The position numbers and the translations under genes were made by a program. 64,000 bases of DNA from Nymphaea colorata (lineage: Eukaryota). How positions within the stretch are numbered: the stretch's first letter is position 1; every line of letters begins with the position of its first letter. Of this stretch, positions 25,626 to 39,085 are shown in pieces. The notes below the pieces were generated by a model. It made no database searches, was not told where the DNA came from, and saw only the letters and a program-made list of their open reading frames with translations. The stretch is taken from assembly GCF_008831285.2 (NCBI RefSeq), contig NC_045138.2, forward strand, positions 24,304,001 to 24,368,000. The letters run 5' to 3'.

Positions 25626-28600
25626 ATGATGGCGCCCCGATGGCTGTTGATTGGAAGCCTGGTAGTTCTTATGCAATTTGTTCCTGAAGTTCGTGCTTGG
25701 GGAAAAGAAGGCCACTATGTGGTGTGCAAGATAGCAGAGGTTAGCACACCTTTGTGAAGAATTTATTTAATCTTTGAAAAATTGAGGTTTCATGTATACT
25801 ATCGAGAACTTCCGTCAAGTTGCTGAACGCGTAAAAATTATCAGGCTCTGCTATCTGAGGATGCAGCCAATGCTGTCAAGGCACTTCTTCCAGAACATGC
25901 TCATGGTGAACTTGCTTCTGTCTGTTCGTGGGCTGATGAAATTCGTCACTACCATGACTGGCGTTGGAGTAGTCCTCTACATTATATTGATACACCAGAC
26001 TTTAGATGCAATTATGAATACTGCAGTATGTATGGTTTATTTCATATAATATTTACTTTGTGATTTTCCTTTTCTGGTTTCTGTTCTTCAAGTTCATGAC
26101 AAGGTATCCCAAAATGCAGCCACTTTCAGGAGGAACTTTTATTTGCAAATGCTTTAGGCGGATAACTTGCGTAATGTTTTTCCTATTGCATATCGGCTGT
26201 TGTTTCTTCTCTTTTTCTTTGATATTCCTCTCTTAGCACGGTAGAAGTATTTGAACGGCTATTCTAACTTTATTACCTATATTAAGATGAAGTTGCCTTC
26301 TTTTGTGCAGGAGATTGCCATGACTCTGCTGGGGTCGCCGACAGGTGTGTTGCTGGAGCAATCTATAACTATACACAACAACTTGCAAATTGTAATAATC
26401 CTTCGTTTAAGGAAAGACGTAAGACTATTTTTCCTTTGAGGTCTCCCTTGCAGTTTATGCGACTTTATTTTTTTCGTTGATGGCTGATGAGTCCCTTCTT
26501 TTACTGTGCAGACAATATGACAGAAGCTCTGCTCTTCCTGTCACATTTTATGGGGGATATCCACCAGGTCCGCTTCTATTCTCACATGGGTCTGAAAGTA
26601 GTTTCCACAGGGCCATGAAATTACATGCATAATTGGCGTCCCAGCTCTTATGTATGAGAGAGGATCTATTCCATTATGATTCATTTGTAATTTGCTTTTG
26701 CTTGTATTGACAGCCGCTGCATGTGGGTTTCACCGGTGATTTGGGTGGCAACACTATCATTGTGCACTGGTATAGACGAAAGGCCAACTTGCATCATGTG
26801 AGTCCTAGGCTTCAATTGGATGCATTCTTTTTCAACAACACATTGCTAGTGATTTTAGTAATAACGCCATCCTGGAATATGATGATTTCTTAAGGAGATA
26901 ATAATCTATTTTAATGATTAATTATCCTTCTGTTTAAGGTTTTCATGAGAACTATCAAACTCACATGATACTTTTAATACATGACCAAATTTTTTTTGTC
27001 AACAAGACTGCAATATAACTTGCACAACATAGGACTCTTGAATTATACAAGTTTTGGCAGTCCCAGCAATGACAGCTCTTTATCAGTTTGCTTCAGTAGC
27101 CCTTGGAAGTTAGAAGTGCTTTCTTGATAATAGTGTACAATTACCAATACTTATGTCTTTAGCATCTCATTCACCATGGTATATATTTTTAATGCTTGTC
27201 AGATTTAGTGCGATGCTGCATTTATGATACATTGTTTTACTTGTAAATTTTTTACATAAATTCTATGTAATTTTTCTGTTTACATTGGATACACCACACT
27301 TCTTGAACCAGAGCAATATGGGGTGCAGCGTACTTATATGATTTTTGCTCATTTCTCCTTCCTCCAGGTATGGGATAGTATGATTATTGAAACTGCTTTA
27401 AAGGAGTACTATGGCTCTCAAATTGAGAATATGACACAAGCCATTCAAAGGAATATCATGGTATGTACTATGTATTAAGGTGAAAGCGTGCAAAATAAAA
27501 TGAAAGTAATATCTAATTTGTAAAGCAATATACAAGTGATTGGACTTGTTTTATGCTCAAAGTTGCTTATAAGAATGCAAGTGTTAGGAGCTTGCAGCAA
27601 ACTGCAAAAAAGCATTTTGTTATGTCAATAGCGTGAAAGCATAATAGACATTGATCTATTTCTGATATTCTTTTGCAAAATGCATCCATAAAAGTTCTGG
27701 TATGGCAACCGGTGTATCTTTTAGTGATCCACAGAACTTCAGCACACACTCACCATGGGCAATCTTTTTTATGAAAATTCAGTTTTGCCACATGTACCTT
27801 AAGTTAGCGATGACTTCAAATTGTTAAATAGTTGGTCCGCATTCTTAGAAGGCATTCCTCTGAAGGAGTATCTGTTTCAAGTTCATGCTATTGTTTGATT
27901 AAGTCATGATGTCCTTTTCACTGACAGGATGACTGGTCTGATGATGTTGCTCACTGGGAGAGTTGTATTTCAAATGCTATGGTTTGTCCAGACCCGTAAG
28001 TCCTTTTTGCTTGTTCTCACTATGTTAAAAGTAATTGTGTTGTGTGTCTTCATTGGTTTGTCCCCTTGAACTAGGCGTGACTTACATATTGGAAGTGAAA
28101 ATAAGAAGGTAAGAAGGGTTTAGCTTTTTTTCTTGCACCAAATCATGCTAATCTCCTTGTACCTAACAAACCTGATTAGGGTCCACATGCAGAAAGAAAC
28201 AAAATGTTTGTGCAATTGCGGGCAGTTCAGCTATTGTCAATGAGCGATGCCTGATGCTTGCCTGGATGTCCTTAAATGAGATGAATTGGCTTTGGCTCAT
28301 GGATTTACTCCTGGAGCTGCATCAACTGAATGTTTTTTAATTTGCTAACTATGGACAGTTCAGAAAATATCAATTCTAATATGTTAATGCAAAGATTGAA
28401 TTAGTTTGATTTTAGAAATATGCCTTACTAATATAATCATGTCGCAAAGGCCCAGTTAAGCAAGTGGTTCATGGCTTCATGCCTCATGGCTAGGCTTGGG
28501 ATGGATTCACAGCGCCTACATTTGAGTTTGGGGTTTAACCTGGCCTAACCCACATAAAGCACGATTAAGTAAAAAGGCCTGGCTTCTGTTGGCCATGATA

Positions 28601-29636
28601 GAAGAAGAAAAAAGTACAGGTGCTGTTTCATTAATGTACAATTATGCGTGCCCTTAGTTTGGTTTAAGTCTCTCCAAGCACCAAAATATCCTAGTGTTTT
28701 GGAAAGTGATGAATTTTAACCAAGCTAGAAAAGACATGGTAAAGAGTATGGCATTCATGCAAGAATGGAACAATCAACTAAAACTACCTCATGCTTGATC
28801 TAGCTATACTAAATTCACAATTACATGTATGCTATTGTTTGTAGGACTGGCATGAACTTAATCTGAATAACTTTCTTTCAGGTACGCAACAGAAAGTGTC
28901 CGCTTGGCATGCAAATTTGCTTATAAGAATGCAACACCAGGAAGCACATTATCAGGTACCGTTGACCTCTTTGGGTACTATTTTACTTCCGTATTTTTAT
29001 ATGATTTTGTCGAGAACCAAATATGTCATTTTTACTGCTGAAAAGCGATTGCTGGGAAATGGAAATGTGGTTCAGGCTTTCAGTTTTCCCTTGTTTGCGT
29101 TCCAAGATATCTTTTTCAGTATGTTTCTTTTTTGTCCCAGGACTCCAATACTATCCTTTGGAACCTTTCATCTGTTATGACACTGCTGCAATTAGTGATA
29201 ACTGCATTATGAACTATCTGCTTGCAGAGACTTCCAGGATGGTTTCTGCTGTTTTCTATATTTGCACGACCTTACCTACTTAGCCTTTGAGCTTAAAACT
29301 CAACTTCTTCCTTTTACTTACTAACAAATCAAAAGGCTTTACATTCTTCCTTTTCCTATACTTCCTGCATGTGTTCTTCTGACATCATATTGATCATTAT
29401 CCATCCATTCCTTCAAATACAATACTATTCTTGGTTGTTTTTATTTGACGTTTTTTCGCTGATTACCTGTGTATGTATCTATCTACCGTGCAGATGCTTA
29501 CTTCCATTCTAGGCTTCCAGTGGTGGAGAAGAGGCTGGCTCAAGGAGGTGTGCGCCTTGCTGCGACTCTCAACAGAATATTCGCACCTTCAATCAAGCTT
29601 TATTCCACAACCGAAGGCTCCATCCACATTATTTAA
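25626..29636 (+). CDS. ENDO4: S1/P1 endonuclease, ENDO3/4/5-like, 9 exons
   Basis: Exons 25626-25739, 25845-26025, 26311-26418, 26512-26567, 26714-26797, 27368-27460, 27928-27995, 28882-28955, 29494-29636, all GT-AG and in frame. Signal peptide, then WGKEGH, WADE, PLHY, SHFMGDIHQPLH, NLHHVWD, ACKFAYKNATPG and RLAQGGVRLA. Confidence 0.9.
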
Positions 29637-30391
29637 AACACCTGTCTCAACCGAACATGAAAAGTCCACATTGAAGTCAATGTGAACCAAGTGAATCTCA
29701 ACTTTGGACAGACCACACAACATGTTCCAATAGTTTCATCAAATTGTATATAACATAACCATCATTTATGCAACATTTACCCAATGTTTCATCCACCTGT
29801 ATCTACAATCTATCACTGTACCAACATGTGCAAGGATTAATCAAGACTTGCCCCACGGATTCAACTCTCTATTTTCCGGTTCATGGTAGCTCCAAGCGGT
29901 TTCCCCTGACACGCAATGTAAAGATTTCTTCACGCCACACCCTTCATTAAATAATGACCAAAATCAGCCTTTTGAACAAGACGAATTGCCCAAACGTTTA
30001 TCTCACCCCTTCCCTACCTAACTCCCTGCCAGTTTCAGATTCGTAGCGAAACACCGCCAAAGGTTCTTGAAACACGACATTATTGGCTTCTGACTTTTGT
30101 TCAACTGATTTGAAGTAATGCTTCTTGTGTTTAAAAGATCACGACTTCGGTCTTACATTTAGAGAGACAAATTGAAAACGGCACCTTCTCATGTCTGAAA
30201 GGAAAATGCCACAGATGAGGCGGATTGGGACGATACATCGTGAATGCGTGTGGTTATCCTCACTAAAGTTTAAAACTTCTACGGCATGGACGATTCAGGA
30301 GCGTTATAGTTTGAGCATATAATACCATTCATCCTGGTCGTGATAACCCACCTAACCTGCAGATAGATTGGGTGCTTGAGGTGAGAAGAAA

Positions 30392-33300
30392 ATGTTAGGA
30401 AGTAAGAAGAGAGTTGGGACCGTGATGAGTGTGGCTCGGTGGGCTACTGGTTTTCTGATTGGATCTTTGATTCTGTTGCCCCATGTGGTTCAGCCATGGA
30501 GCAAGGAAGGCCATATTATGACCTGCCGGATCGCTCAGGTTCTCTCTTCCCTCGTCGTGGTCGTGTGTGTCCAACCTGTGGATGCATCGCGCCCTTATTT
30601 TCAAGGTGTTTTTTTTTTTGCATAAAATTTTAATCACAAAGAAACGTTGATATTACTGTAAGTTTGAGGACCACGTTCTTAGTAGGACGTAATCGCGACG
30701 AGCTGGGGCTGCTCGAACTCGGGTTGACTCTCTAAGGATGGGCTCGAACTTGACTTGAATTCAAGTTGATTAGCTTGAGTTTGGAGGAGTCTGAAGTGAC
30801 CCCCGTCCCATGAATCCAAGGACATTCGAACTTGCTCAGCTAAGCTCAAAGCAAGCCATGAATGAGGCAGACTGCTAAGCATTAGTTAAGCCATGAACCG
30901 AGAATAATAATGGGTTGTATTTTTCAAATGAATGTTACCCTTGTGATTTGAAGTTGATGAAATTCATCATAAAGCGTATCCATTGTTTACTTGCTTGAGT
31001 TGAACCACGGGCTCGAACTCAGCTTGTTTAACAAACGAGAAGAACTCAGCTTGTTTATATGAATCCAGTTCGAGTTGCTCAATTCATATGAAACCCAAGC
31101 TCACGAGGCAGTTAAAGTTAACTGCAGACGGCTAAACCAATTGCAGTGACGTTTCTTGCCCTCATATTCTTCAAAATTGAGAGGAAAAAAAAATGAGCTT
31201 CACTTGTGCGCTCCATCCCGACTTGATGGAACTAAGTTTCATACCCATAAAGGTTCAGAGTTGCCTCGTGCACACCAAAAAAAAAAAGTATTTTCTCTTA
31301 AAATATCAGCTTAAGTGATAAGCTATGACATATATTTTTTTGTACTCGAGGGGTGGTAGCGTATTGGGCGGCAAGGTGATCCGGTTCCTCTAAGAAATTT
31401 ATCTGCTGATGATGATATGCTGATCGGATTCAAACCAGCCGACTGGATCTGGATCAGCATGTCCTGTGCTCCTTTGCGTTATAGTATATTATTGTCTCCC
31501 TTGTGCGACCGTGGCTAGCGCACCACTTCCTACGACAAGGTCCTCAACCGGGTGTGCAAGTCAAATCAATGTTAGGTCCGAATATAAATGCAATGCTCTA
31601 TCAACCCAATGTGAATTTGGAGATTAGTATAAAAGCCGACCAGGTAGAATTGAATCTGAACCAACCGTGTATACCTAAGTTTCTATATATATCGAAAAAT
31701 TGTCATTAACTTGCATGTAAATAGTTGCACGGACATGATTTCGGTGTAATATAACTTATAGTGTTTGCCCCAATTCAATCCAAATCCAAATATAATAGGA
31801 GAATGTTGCCTTGATCATCAGATTTGCAAGCCGAGAGGGTTCTGCCTTGCCCAGGCGGCTTCCACTCAACCAAACTTGTGTAGCAATTACGCTACTATAT
31901 CTACTGGAACAGACGCCAATGCTTGGTAGCCTTCATAATTTAGTAAGGACCATCATTGAACTTGCATGTGGATTTGCAGGAACTTCTGAGCCCAGAGGCT
32001 TCTGATGCTGTTACGAGCTTACTGCCGGATTACGTCGACGGCGACCTTTCAGCCCTTTGCACGTGGGCTGACCAGATCAGGCATTGGTACAAGTACCGGT
32101 GGACCAGTCCTCTCCACTACATCGATACACCAGATGAAGCTTGCACATATGACTACTCTAGTATGACTTCATACACTTCTTGATCGCATTCCATCTTATT
32201 TGGGTTTCGATTAATCCATTAATGATCTAGAGATGCCCCGAGATTACCAATGAACTCACTAATATTCATGAAAAGAAGATCACCATGAGTTAGAAACTCA
32301 CGACAATATGAAAAATGAAAACAGGGGACTGCCATGACCAATACGGGAACAAGGACATGTGCGTTGCTGGCGCGATCTACAATTTCACCTCTCAGCTTTC
32401 ACACTACAGGGAAGGAGCATCCGAACGCAGATGTAAGAAAGATCACCCATCTCCTATATTCAGCAACCTGCGTAGCTAGTTTTATCCTGAAAAAAGAAGC
32501 TCTCTGCTGCAGATAATCTCACAGAAGCATTGCTGTTCTTGTCTCACTTCATGGGTGACATTCATCAGGTAATTTTCTTGGTGGATCAACGTAACAAGCC
32601 GTCCTAAATCAAATTCTACAATGACATATAATTCTGTCTCTCTTTTTTCTCTGTTCAGCCCTTGCACGTAGGCTTCACGAGTGATGAGGGCGGAAACACA
32701 ATAAGCGTGCATTGGTTTAAACGCAAATCTAATCTCCATCATGTAAGTACCACATCTAGCAAAATCCGTATTTCATAATCGCATCATCGTAAACTAAAGA
32801 TCTTTGTAACTTCAAAAGAAAATCTATAATGATTTTGGTCTTTCGGACCACTAGGTTTGGGACAGGGACATAATTCTAACAGCGGCAAAGGAGATGTATG
32901 GGAAGGACATGGATGCCTTCTTAGAAGACATACAGTTGGACATAAAAAATGTGAGTATAAGGACGAGTATACGATCAAAAGTAGAATACAGAGATCAGTT
33001 CTTCATTTGAAATCAAAGTTCGTTAACGTTTTGCGGAACAGGGGACATGGTCAAATGATGTGCAAGAATGGGAGGACTGTCAAGGCCCACTTCCTTGCCC
33101 AAATGAGTGAGTAAAAATGACCAGAAACTTGAATTAAAAGCTTGACATCGAGAGACGACGATTCTTTTTTTCTTTTTACCCGTTGAAAGGATGGTGTTAA
33201 GTGTTAGGATCAAATGCAGAAACACATTGCCTTCTTTTTAATGGATTTTCCTGACTTTGTCTCTGAAAGGTACGCTGAAGAAAGCATCAACCTGGCATGC

Positions 33301-33586
33301 AAATGGGCATACAAAGATGTCTCTGAAGGAGTTACTTTGGCAGGTTAGTTTCTACCCATCTTCAAATTAGCAAATTCAAAACACCTACACTAATTCTTCT
33401 TTTCTCTTTTCTTTTGTTTTCTGTTTCTTGTTTTCAGATGATTATTTCACAACTCGACTACCCATCGTGAAGAAAAGGATAGCTCAGGGTGGTGTCAGGT
33501 TAGCCATGACCTTGAACGACGTGCTTGGCAATCAGGAAGATAAGTTGTTGGGTCAAGATGAAGATTACAAGGAGGAAGATGCTTGA
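30392..33586 (+). CDS. ENDO1: S1/P1 bifunctional nuclease, BFN1/ENDO1-like, copy 1, 9 exons, acidic C-terminal tail
   Basis: Exons 30392-30538, 31980-32160, 32325-32432, 32513-32568, 32659-32742, 32855-32950, 33042-33106, 33270-33343, 33438-33586. Motifs WSKEGH, WADQIRHWYKYRWT, SHFMGDIHQPLH and NLHHVWD. Ends GQDEDYKEEDA*. Confidence 0.9.
30680..31100. mobile_element. GAGCT/CTCGA-rich MITE remnant in intron 1 of ENDO1 copy 1
   Basis: Repeated ctcgaactc/gagct motifs, similar to 47880-48043. Confidence 0.45.
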
Positions 33587-34679
33587 AAGAAATTCAACTG
33601 TACCATATTCCCAATTGTTGCTTGTATACAAATTTCATGTACAAGAAAGCTCTATATACAATCTTCAACAAGATGAACAAGAATAACTCTGTAACTTGCA
33701 CGTGTCTAGTTTCACCGAACGATAAAAACAAGGAAAACAAAAGCAAGAAAAGAAAGAATGAGCTTACAGTAAAAACATCTATGTATCCGAACCATTTACA
33801 AGAAGGGCACAAAACGAGTACCTTAGCTTGCCACAGGGAGAGCTGCCTCTCCCTGCTATCTCGTGCGTTCACCTGGTTAAATTGCCAAGGAAAATTTTTG
33901 GCAGTACCTGCGCAAATTGTCCAATACACTGGTTGCTTGGCATTAAAATGTCCACTCTGTTCAGTCCGCCCATCGGGTGCCATTGCTGAACAGGACGCGG
34001 AGCATGACGGCCATGCATGTTGCTTCCAAGAAAAGCCACCCCGTTTCAACCAGGCGTTGGTTCGAGAATCATTACAGGTCTGTGGATCCAGTTGCATAGG
34101 CCTGGCTGCTGTTGCAATGCATCTAGCAAGGCTAAATCTTGCAGAGATATATGGTCCACGGATAATCATGGACAAGGACGGATGAAGAGTTGAGCGAGTC
34201 GGCGACACCGATTCAGTTTTGCAATTTCCGATCCCCGCGTAGCTGTCGAAGACTGTAAGTGGCTTCCCCTGACGCAACGACAACATTCCTTCACGCCACA
34301 CCCTTCATTAAATAATTGTCAGGACCAGTCTTCCAAGTAAAGAAAACTGCCAAACATCTTTCTCACACCTGCACTGACGAATCAAAAGCGATGACAATGG
34401 CTTCTTACTGTAATCCAACTGAATAACAACCCCCAGTTTTGCAGAAAACCTTTGAAATGGCATAAAACTTAGTCAGAAGATGATCCTTGGTAGGGGGTAG
34501 TTAAGCATCCTAGAGTAGATGCCAAATTGGAGTCGATTCATGCTGATGGGATGATGCTTCCTGATTGCGTATGGTCATGCTCACCTGAGACTTCGACGGC
34601 AAGACAGAAGAAGAGGTTGGGAACATGTGTATATAACAGATCGTTTGGTGCTTGTGGTGAGAGGAAATCGTTGGGAAGT

Positions 34680-37600
34680 ATGAAGAGGATAGGTGCTATG
34701 AGGAGTCCAGCTAAGTGGGTTACTGGTTTCCTGTTTGGTTTCTTGCTTGTGGTGGCCCCTCTGGTTCAGTCATGGAGCAAAGAAGGCCATATCATGACCT
34801 GCCGGGTCGCTCAGGTTCTTTTCTCCACTTCGCATGATCAAGTTGGTACTAGGCGGTCCCTGTGTCCCAGATGAACATGTCATTCATGTGGATTGAGTGC
34901 ACGCGTCATTATTTTCAATATCTATGAGGTGTTTGAGCAAAATAGGTCAGTGTCTTTCGAATGAAAACGCTTTTCACTTCGAAAATGATTTGTCGATTCT
35001 TGAAAAAGAAGCATGAAGAGGGAATCGGCCTCGGTGCATACGTCTTTTTAAGAAGACCTGTGAACGTTCGGTTTGACATTTAAATGCAAGTGATCGTGGG
35101 GATCATTTTTAAGGGGGCTGGACGCAGTGGACATATCAAAGGTTACTAAGCAATTAGTTTTCATTTATTAGAGTTTTTATAACAAGTTGAACATACATAG
35201 TAGAGGTTACATCCCAAGAAACCAGAACAGGTCTAGTACCTTAGGGAATGGAAGAAAGACGAGCACTTTTGATCTCAATTAAGATGAAATGTTCTTGTTA
35301 CCCTCCAAAAGGATCTTCTTTATGTTTATTTATGAGAAACTCTCGTTCATGTAACACCCAGAAAGCCTTACCCTTACGTCTCCAAGATTCTAACATTTTT
35401 ACTTTCTTTTAGATTCACCTCATTAACACAACATCTAGCTACCGCACAGTTTTGGACTCATTTTAAAAATGAGATATCATCTTATGCGAAGCAAGACCTA
35501 CACCCCTATATACTAAAGCGGCAAACGGAACTATAAATGAAATCCTGACAGATCCAAAGTTGAGCCAAAAGCACTAAGATCCGGTATGAATTAGAACCAG
35601 GATCCCGATCCAATGATGTAGAGTTGAATCCCACAACACCTTACATCTTCTAATTACATATTTATCCAATAAAAAATGGTCAAAGCATGCTCTTACAAGT
35701 AACAATTGCGTCAACATCTGATTTTGGCGCATCATATTTCGATAGAATATGCGAAAGCATATCCGTTAGAAAGGTAGCGGACCGCCGACGGTCCAGTCCG
35801 GACTCCTGCTGAAGGACGTTTGATTATTTGTTCTGGGAGCATTGGTCGGAACGTCCCCATTTTTAGGGACAGGACGTAAGCTTAAAGTGGGCCGTTCCTG
35901 GCATGGAGCCTCCATTCCTTGCCGGCAAAGCCGCAAATCTAGTTTTCGGGATTTAGAGGAAGACGTTTTTCTTGGTTATAAACAAAAGAGTTGCTTTTCT
36001 GGAAAAATTCAGCAAATTTTAAAATAATCAACTTTTTTTTTGGGTGAGAAAGAGAAAAGTGGCCAAAACCTTAAAAATAAAATGTGAAAAAATGAAAATA
36101 AAAATCTGATAATTAAAAGCTGTAAAAACGTGAAAGAAATACAAGAAACATGAAAAAATAACAAACATAAGGTAATGTTTGGACGACAAATTGAGAAAAT
36201 GGTTTTTGAGAAAAGCTGGTTTTGTAAAAATGATTTTCTTAATGAGTTTTGTAAAAAAATGTTTATATGTTTGGGAAAGGAGGCAAGAAAATGGATTTGG
36301 GTGCACAACATGAGGGGGGTGGTTTTTTTCAGTACTTTGTGAAAACAGGTTTTTTTTGAAAACTCTATTTTCATGCCACCCAAAAAGGCTGAAAAATGAG
36401 TTTTGAAAGCAAAACAGTGTTTTTTTTTTTTTGTTTTGTTTGGGGGGTCATTTTGAAAAAAAAAATATTTATTATAATTTATAAAAAAATATTTCGCCTT
36501 CTCTAGGGATCTTATTCCAACCCTGAAAAGGCGAAATGGGTTGAGCTTGTGTTCTGCTTACTGGAACCGCGAATAAATGATGAGATTGATATTAATCTTG
36601 TACACGAATTTGCAGAAACTTCTGAACCATGAGGCCTCCCATGCCGTCGTTAACTTACTGCCGGATTACGTTAACGGCGACCTTTCAGCCCTTTGCACGT
36701 GGCCGGACCAGATCAGGCATTGGTACAAGTATCGATGGACAAGTTCTCTTCATTTCATAGATACACCAGATGATGCTTGCTCATTCGACTACTCTAGTAT
36801 GATTTCATACGCTTCCAACTTCATATTCTTGTTGTTGGTTCTGTTATCTTTTGACTGCACAAGCATCTGTTTGGGATCCTTCGCATCAATATATATGATC
36901 CAATTCCGTCTGATTTGCATTTTCATAAATCCACTAAGGGTGTACAAATGGCAAGCTGCAGTCATATGCTTGCTAATAATCATGATGGAAGAAAAAAAAA
37001 AAATCACCATGACTTTGAAATTTAATGAAAATGTGAAATAAAAACAGGGGATTGTCATGACCAACATGGAGACAAGGACATGTGCGTTGCCGGTGCGATT
37101 CAGAACTTCACTTCTGAGCTTTCACACTACAAGGAAGGATCATCTGATCGCAGATGTAAGAAAGATCATTCATCCTTCCCAAATTCAGAAACCTGTTTTG
37201 CTGTTTTTCTCTTAAAACTGCTAGTCTGTTGTAGATAATCTCACTGAAGCATTGCTATTCCTATCTCACTTCATGGGGGACATTCATCAGGTAACTGCTC
37301 TAGAGGACCAATATAGCAAGGCTGTTCTGAATGAAAGTTCTGCAAGAGTCTAATTCACTTCTTCATTTTTTACCTGCTCAGCCTCTGCATGTTGGATTCA
37401 CAAGTGATGAGGGCGGAAACACGATAAACCTGCACTGGTTTAGACACAAATCCAATCTTCATCATGTAAGTGACAAATCTAGTAATCATCTTGATATACT
37501 GCTCTACCCACTTACCAGATTTGATAAACCGTATAAATAATCAAATATGTTAAGAGAAATGAAACCACAATTTTCGACGGATTTGCAACTGAGAATTCTG

Positions 37601-38510
37601 TCTTGGCCATTATCAGCATTAAGAGGGAAACCATTACAGGAGTATTCAAGAGAGGATAAGGAAACCTTAAAAGCCAAAGCACTGTCATGATCTTAACGAT
37701 TTATGCACTTTGGAAGAAGCATGTACTAACTATTCTCGCTCTTCGATCATTAGGTATGGGACAGGGAAATCATTCTTACAGCAATGAAAGAGATGTATGG
37801 GGACGACATGGAAGCCTTCCTACAGGACATTCAAGCAAACATAAGCGATGTGAGTACTGGGACAAGCGTACAATTATACCTACAGTAACACCGGAAAACT
37901 TTTGATTTTGAAACAAAGTTCATTGGCATTTTGTGAAACAGGGGGCATGGTCAGACGATGTGCAAGCATGGCAGGACTGTCAAGGCCAACTTGCTTCTTG
38001 TCCAAACAAGTGAGTACAAATCATCAAAAACTTTAACACCAATCTGGACATTACTACGCAAGACAGACAATGATTTTTTTTTTTTCCTTCTTTTTTTTCT
38101 TTCCCCATTGGGAACGCTTGGGGTTAGGTCCCGTCCTAGCCCATGAGAAGGATGATCTAAAAAATCATGATCAGAGACAAACTGCCTTTTTAATGAATTT
38201 TCCTGGATCCTATTCTGAAAGGTATGCGGCAGAAAGCATCAATATAGCATGCAAATGGGGATACAAAGATGTAACGGAAGGAGTAAACTTGTCAGGTCAC
38301 AACTTATCCTCCTCATACGCATTGAGGAATAGAATTTGAAGACCTCCATAACATCTTTGTTAAATCCTGTTTTTTTTTTCGGCTTTGTTGTTTCCAGATG
38401 ATTATTTCACAAGTCGACTACCTATTGTAAAGAAAAGAATAGCTCAAGGCGGTGTCAGGTTAGCCATGACCTTGAACCAGGTGTTCAGCAGCCACCATGA
38501 CGAGCTTTAG
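34680..38510 (+). CDS. ENDO1: S1/P1 bifunctional nuclease, BFN1/ENDO1-like, copy 2, 9 exons, C-terminal HDEL
   Basis: Exons 34680-34814, 36616-36796, 37048-37155, 37235-37290, 37382-37465, 37754-37849, 37942-38009, 38222-38295, 38398-38510. Motifs WSKEGH, WPDQIRHWYKYRWT, SHFMGDIHQPLH and NLHHVWD. Ends NQVFSSHHDEL*. Confidence 0.92.
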
Positions 38511-38696
38511 CAGTCGGATTACTAGAATCTTAAGGATTCATTCAACAGGCGAGAAGGAAATCCAGCTGTGAATAAATGTTGGCTGTATTTATAGTTCATG
38601 TATTGAGTGCTAAAATTCAATCTTCAGTTGGATGAATAAGACTTCTTGCTGGGGACATGTTATTTGAGGACATGCGCTGCAAAGAACATTCAATTA

Positions 38697-39085
38697 GGTT
38701 CGTTTGATGGGCAGGATATTTCTTATAACCATGTAAATAAAACTCAAATTTTTGAAAAATTTTCTTGCCATCATATTTGGGATGATAAAAAAAGTGAACG
38801 TTTAGGCTGGTTTTCAAAAAGTTTTTTTCAAAAATTTCTTTTCATCTCAAGGGGTGGAAAAAAATTTCCCTTTGAATTCTCAAGCAATGCTGAATCCAAC
38901 TATTTTGTTTTTTTTTTTCTTTTCATTCTCATCCAAATGAGAAATTTATTTTCTGAAACATAAACCCAAATTCAACAAACACAAAAATGTTTTGAAAATC
39001 TGGATTTCTTCATTTCTTCAATTCTAAAAATAAGTTTATGAAAACTTCTTTCCAACTCCATATTTTCAATGCATCAAACGGCCCC
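38697..39085. mobile_element. Tourist-like (PIF/Harbinger) MITE
   Basis: Imperfect TIRs ggttcgtttgatg and catcaaacggcccc, with TTA at 38694-38696 and 39086-39088 and an AT-rich interior. Confidence 0.65.

Noticed and set aside
31416..31461. Inverted repeat atgctgatc...gatcagcat in an intron
   Set aside because: Short imperfect stem, probably a TE relic. Insufficient for a miRNA call.
33829..33857. Hairpin cagggagag-ctgc-ctctccctg with loose resemblance to miR408/miR399
   Set aside because: The stem is only 9 bp, has indels against both mature miRNAs and lacks a precursor-length fold-back.
33583..34301. Overlapping 200-aa and 235-aa ORFs on opposite strands
   Set aside because: Non-ATG starts and no recognisable domain. 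They cover the 3' UTR of ENDO1 copy 1 and the duplicated promoter of copy 2.
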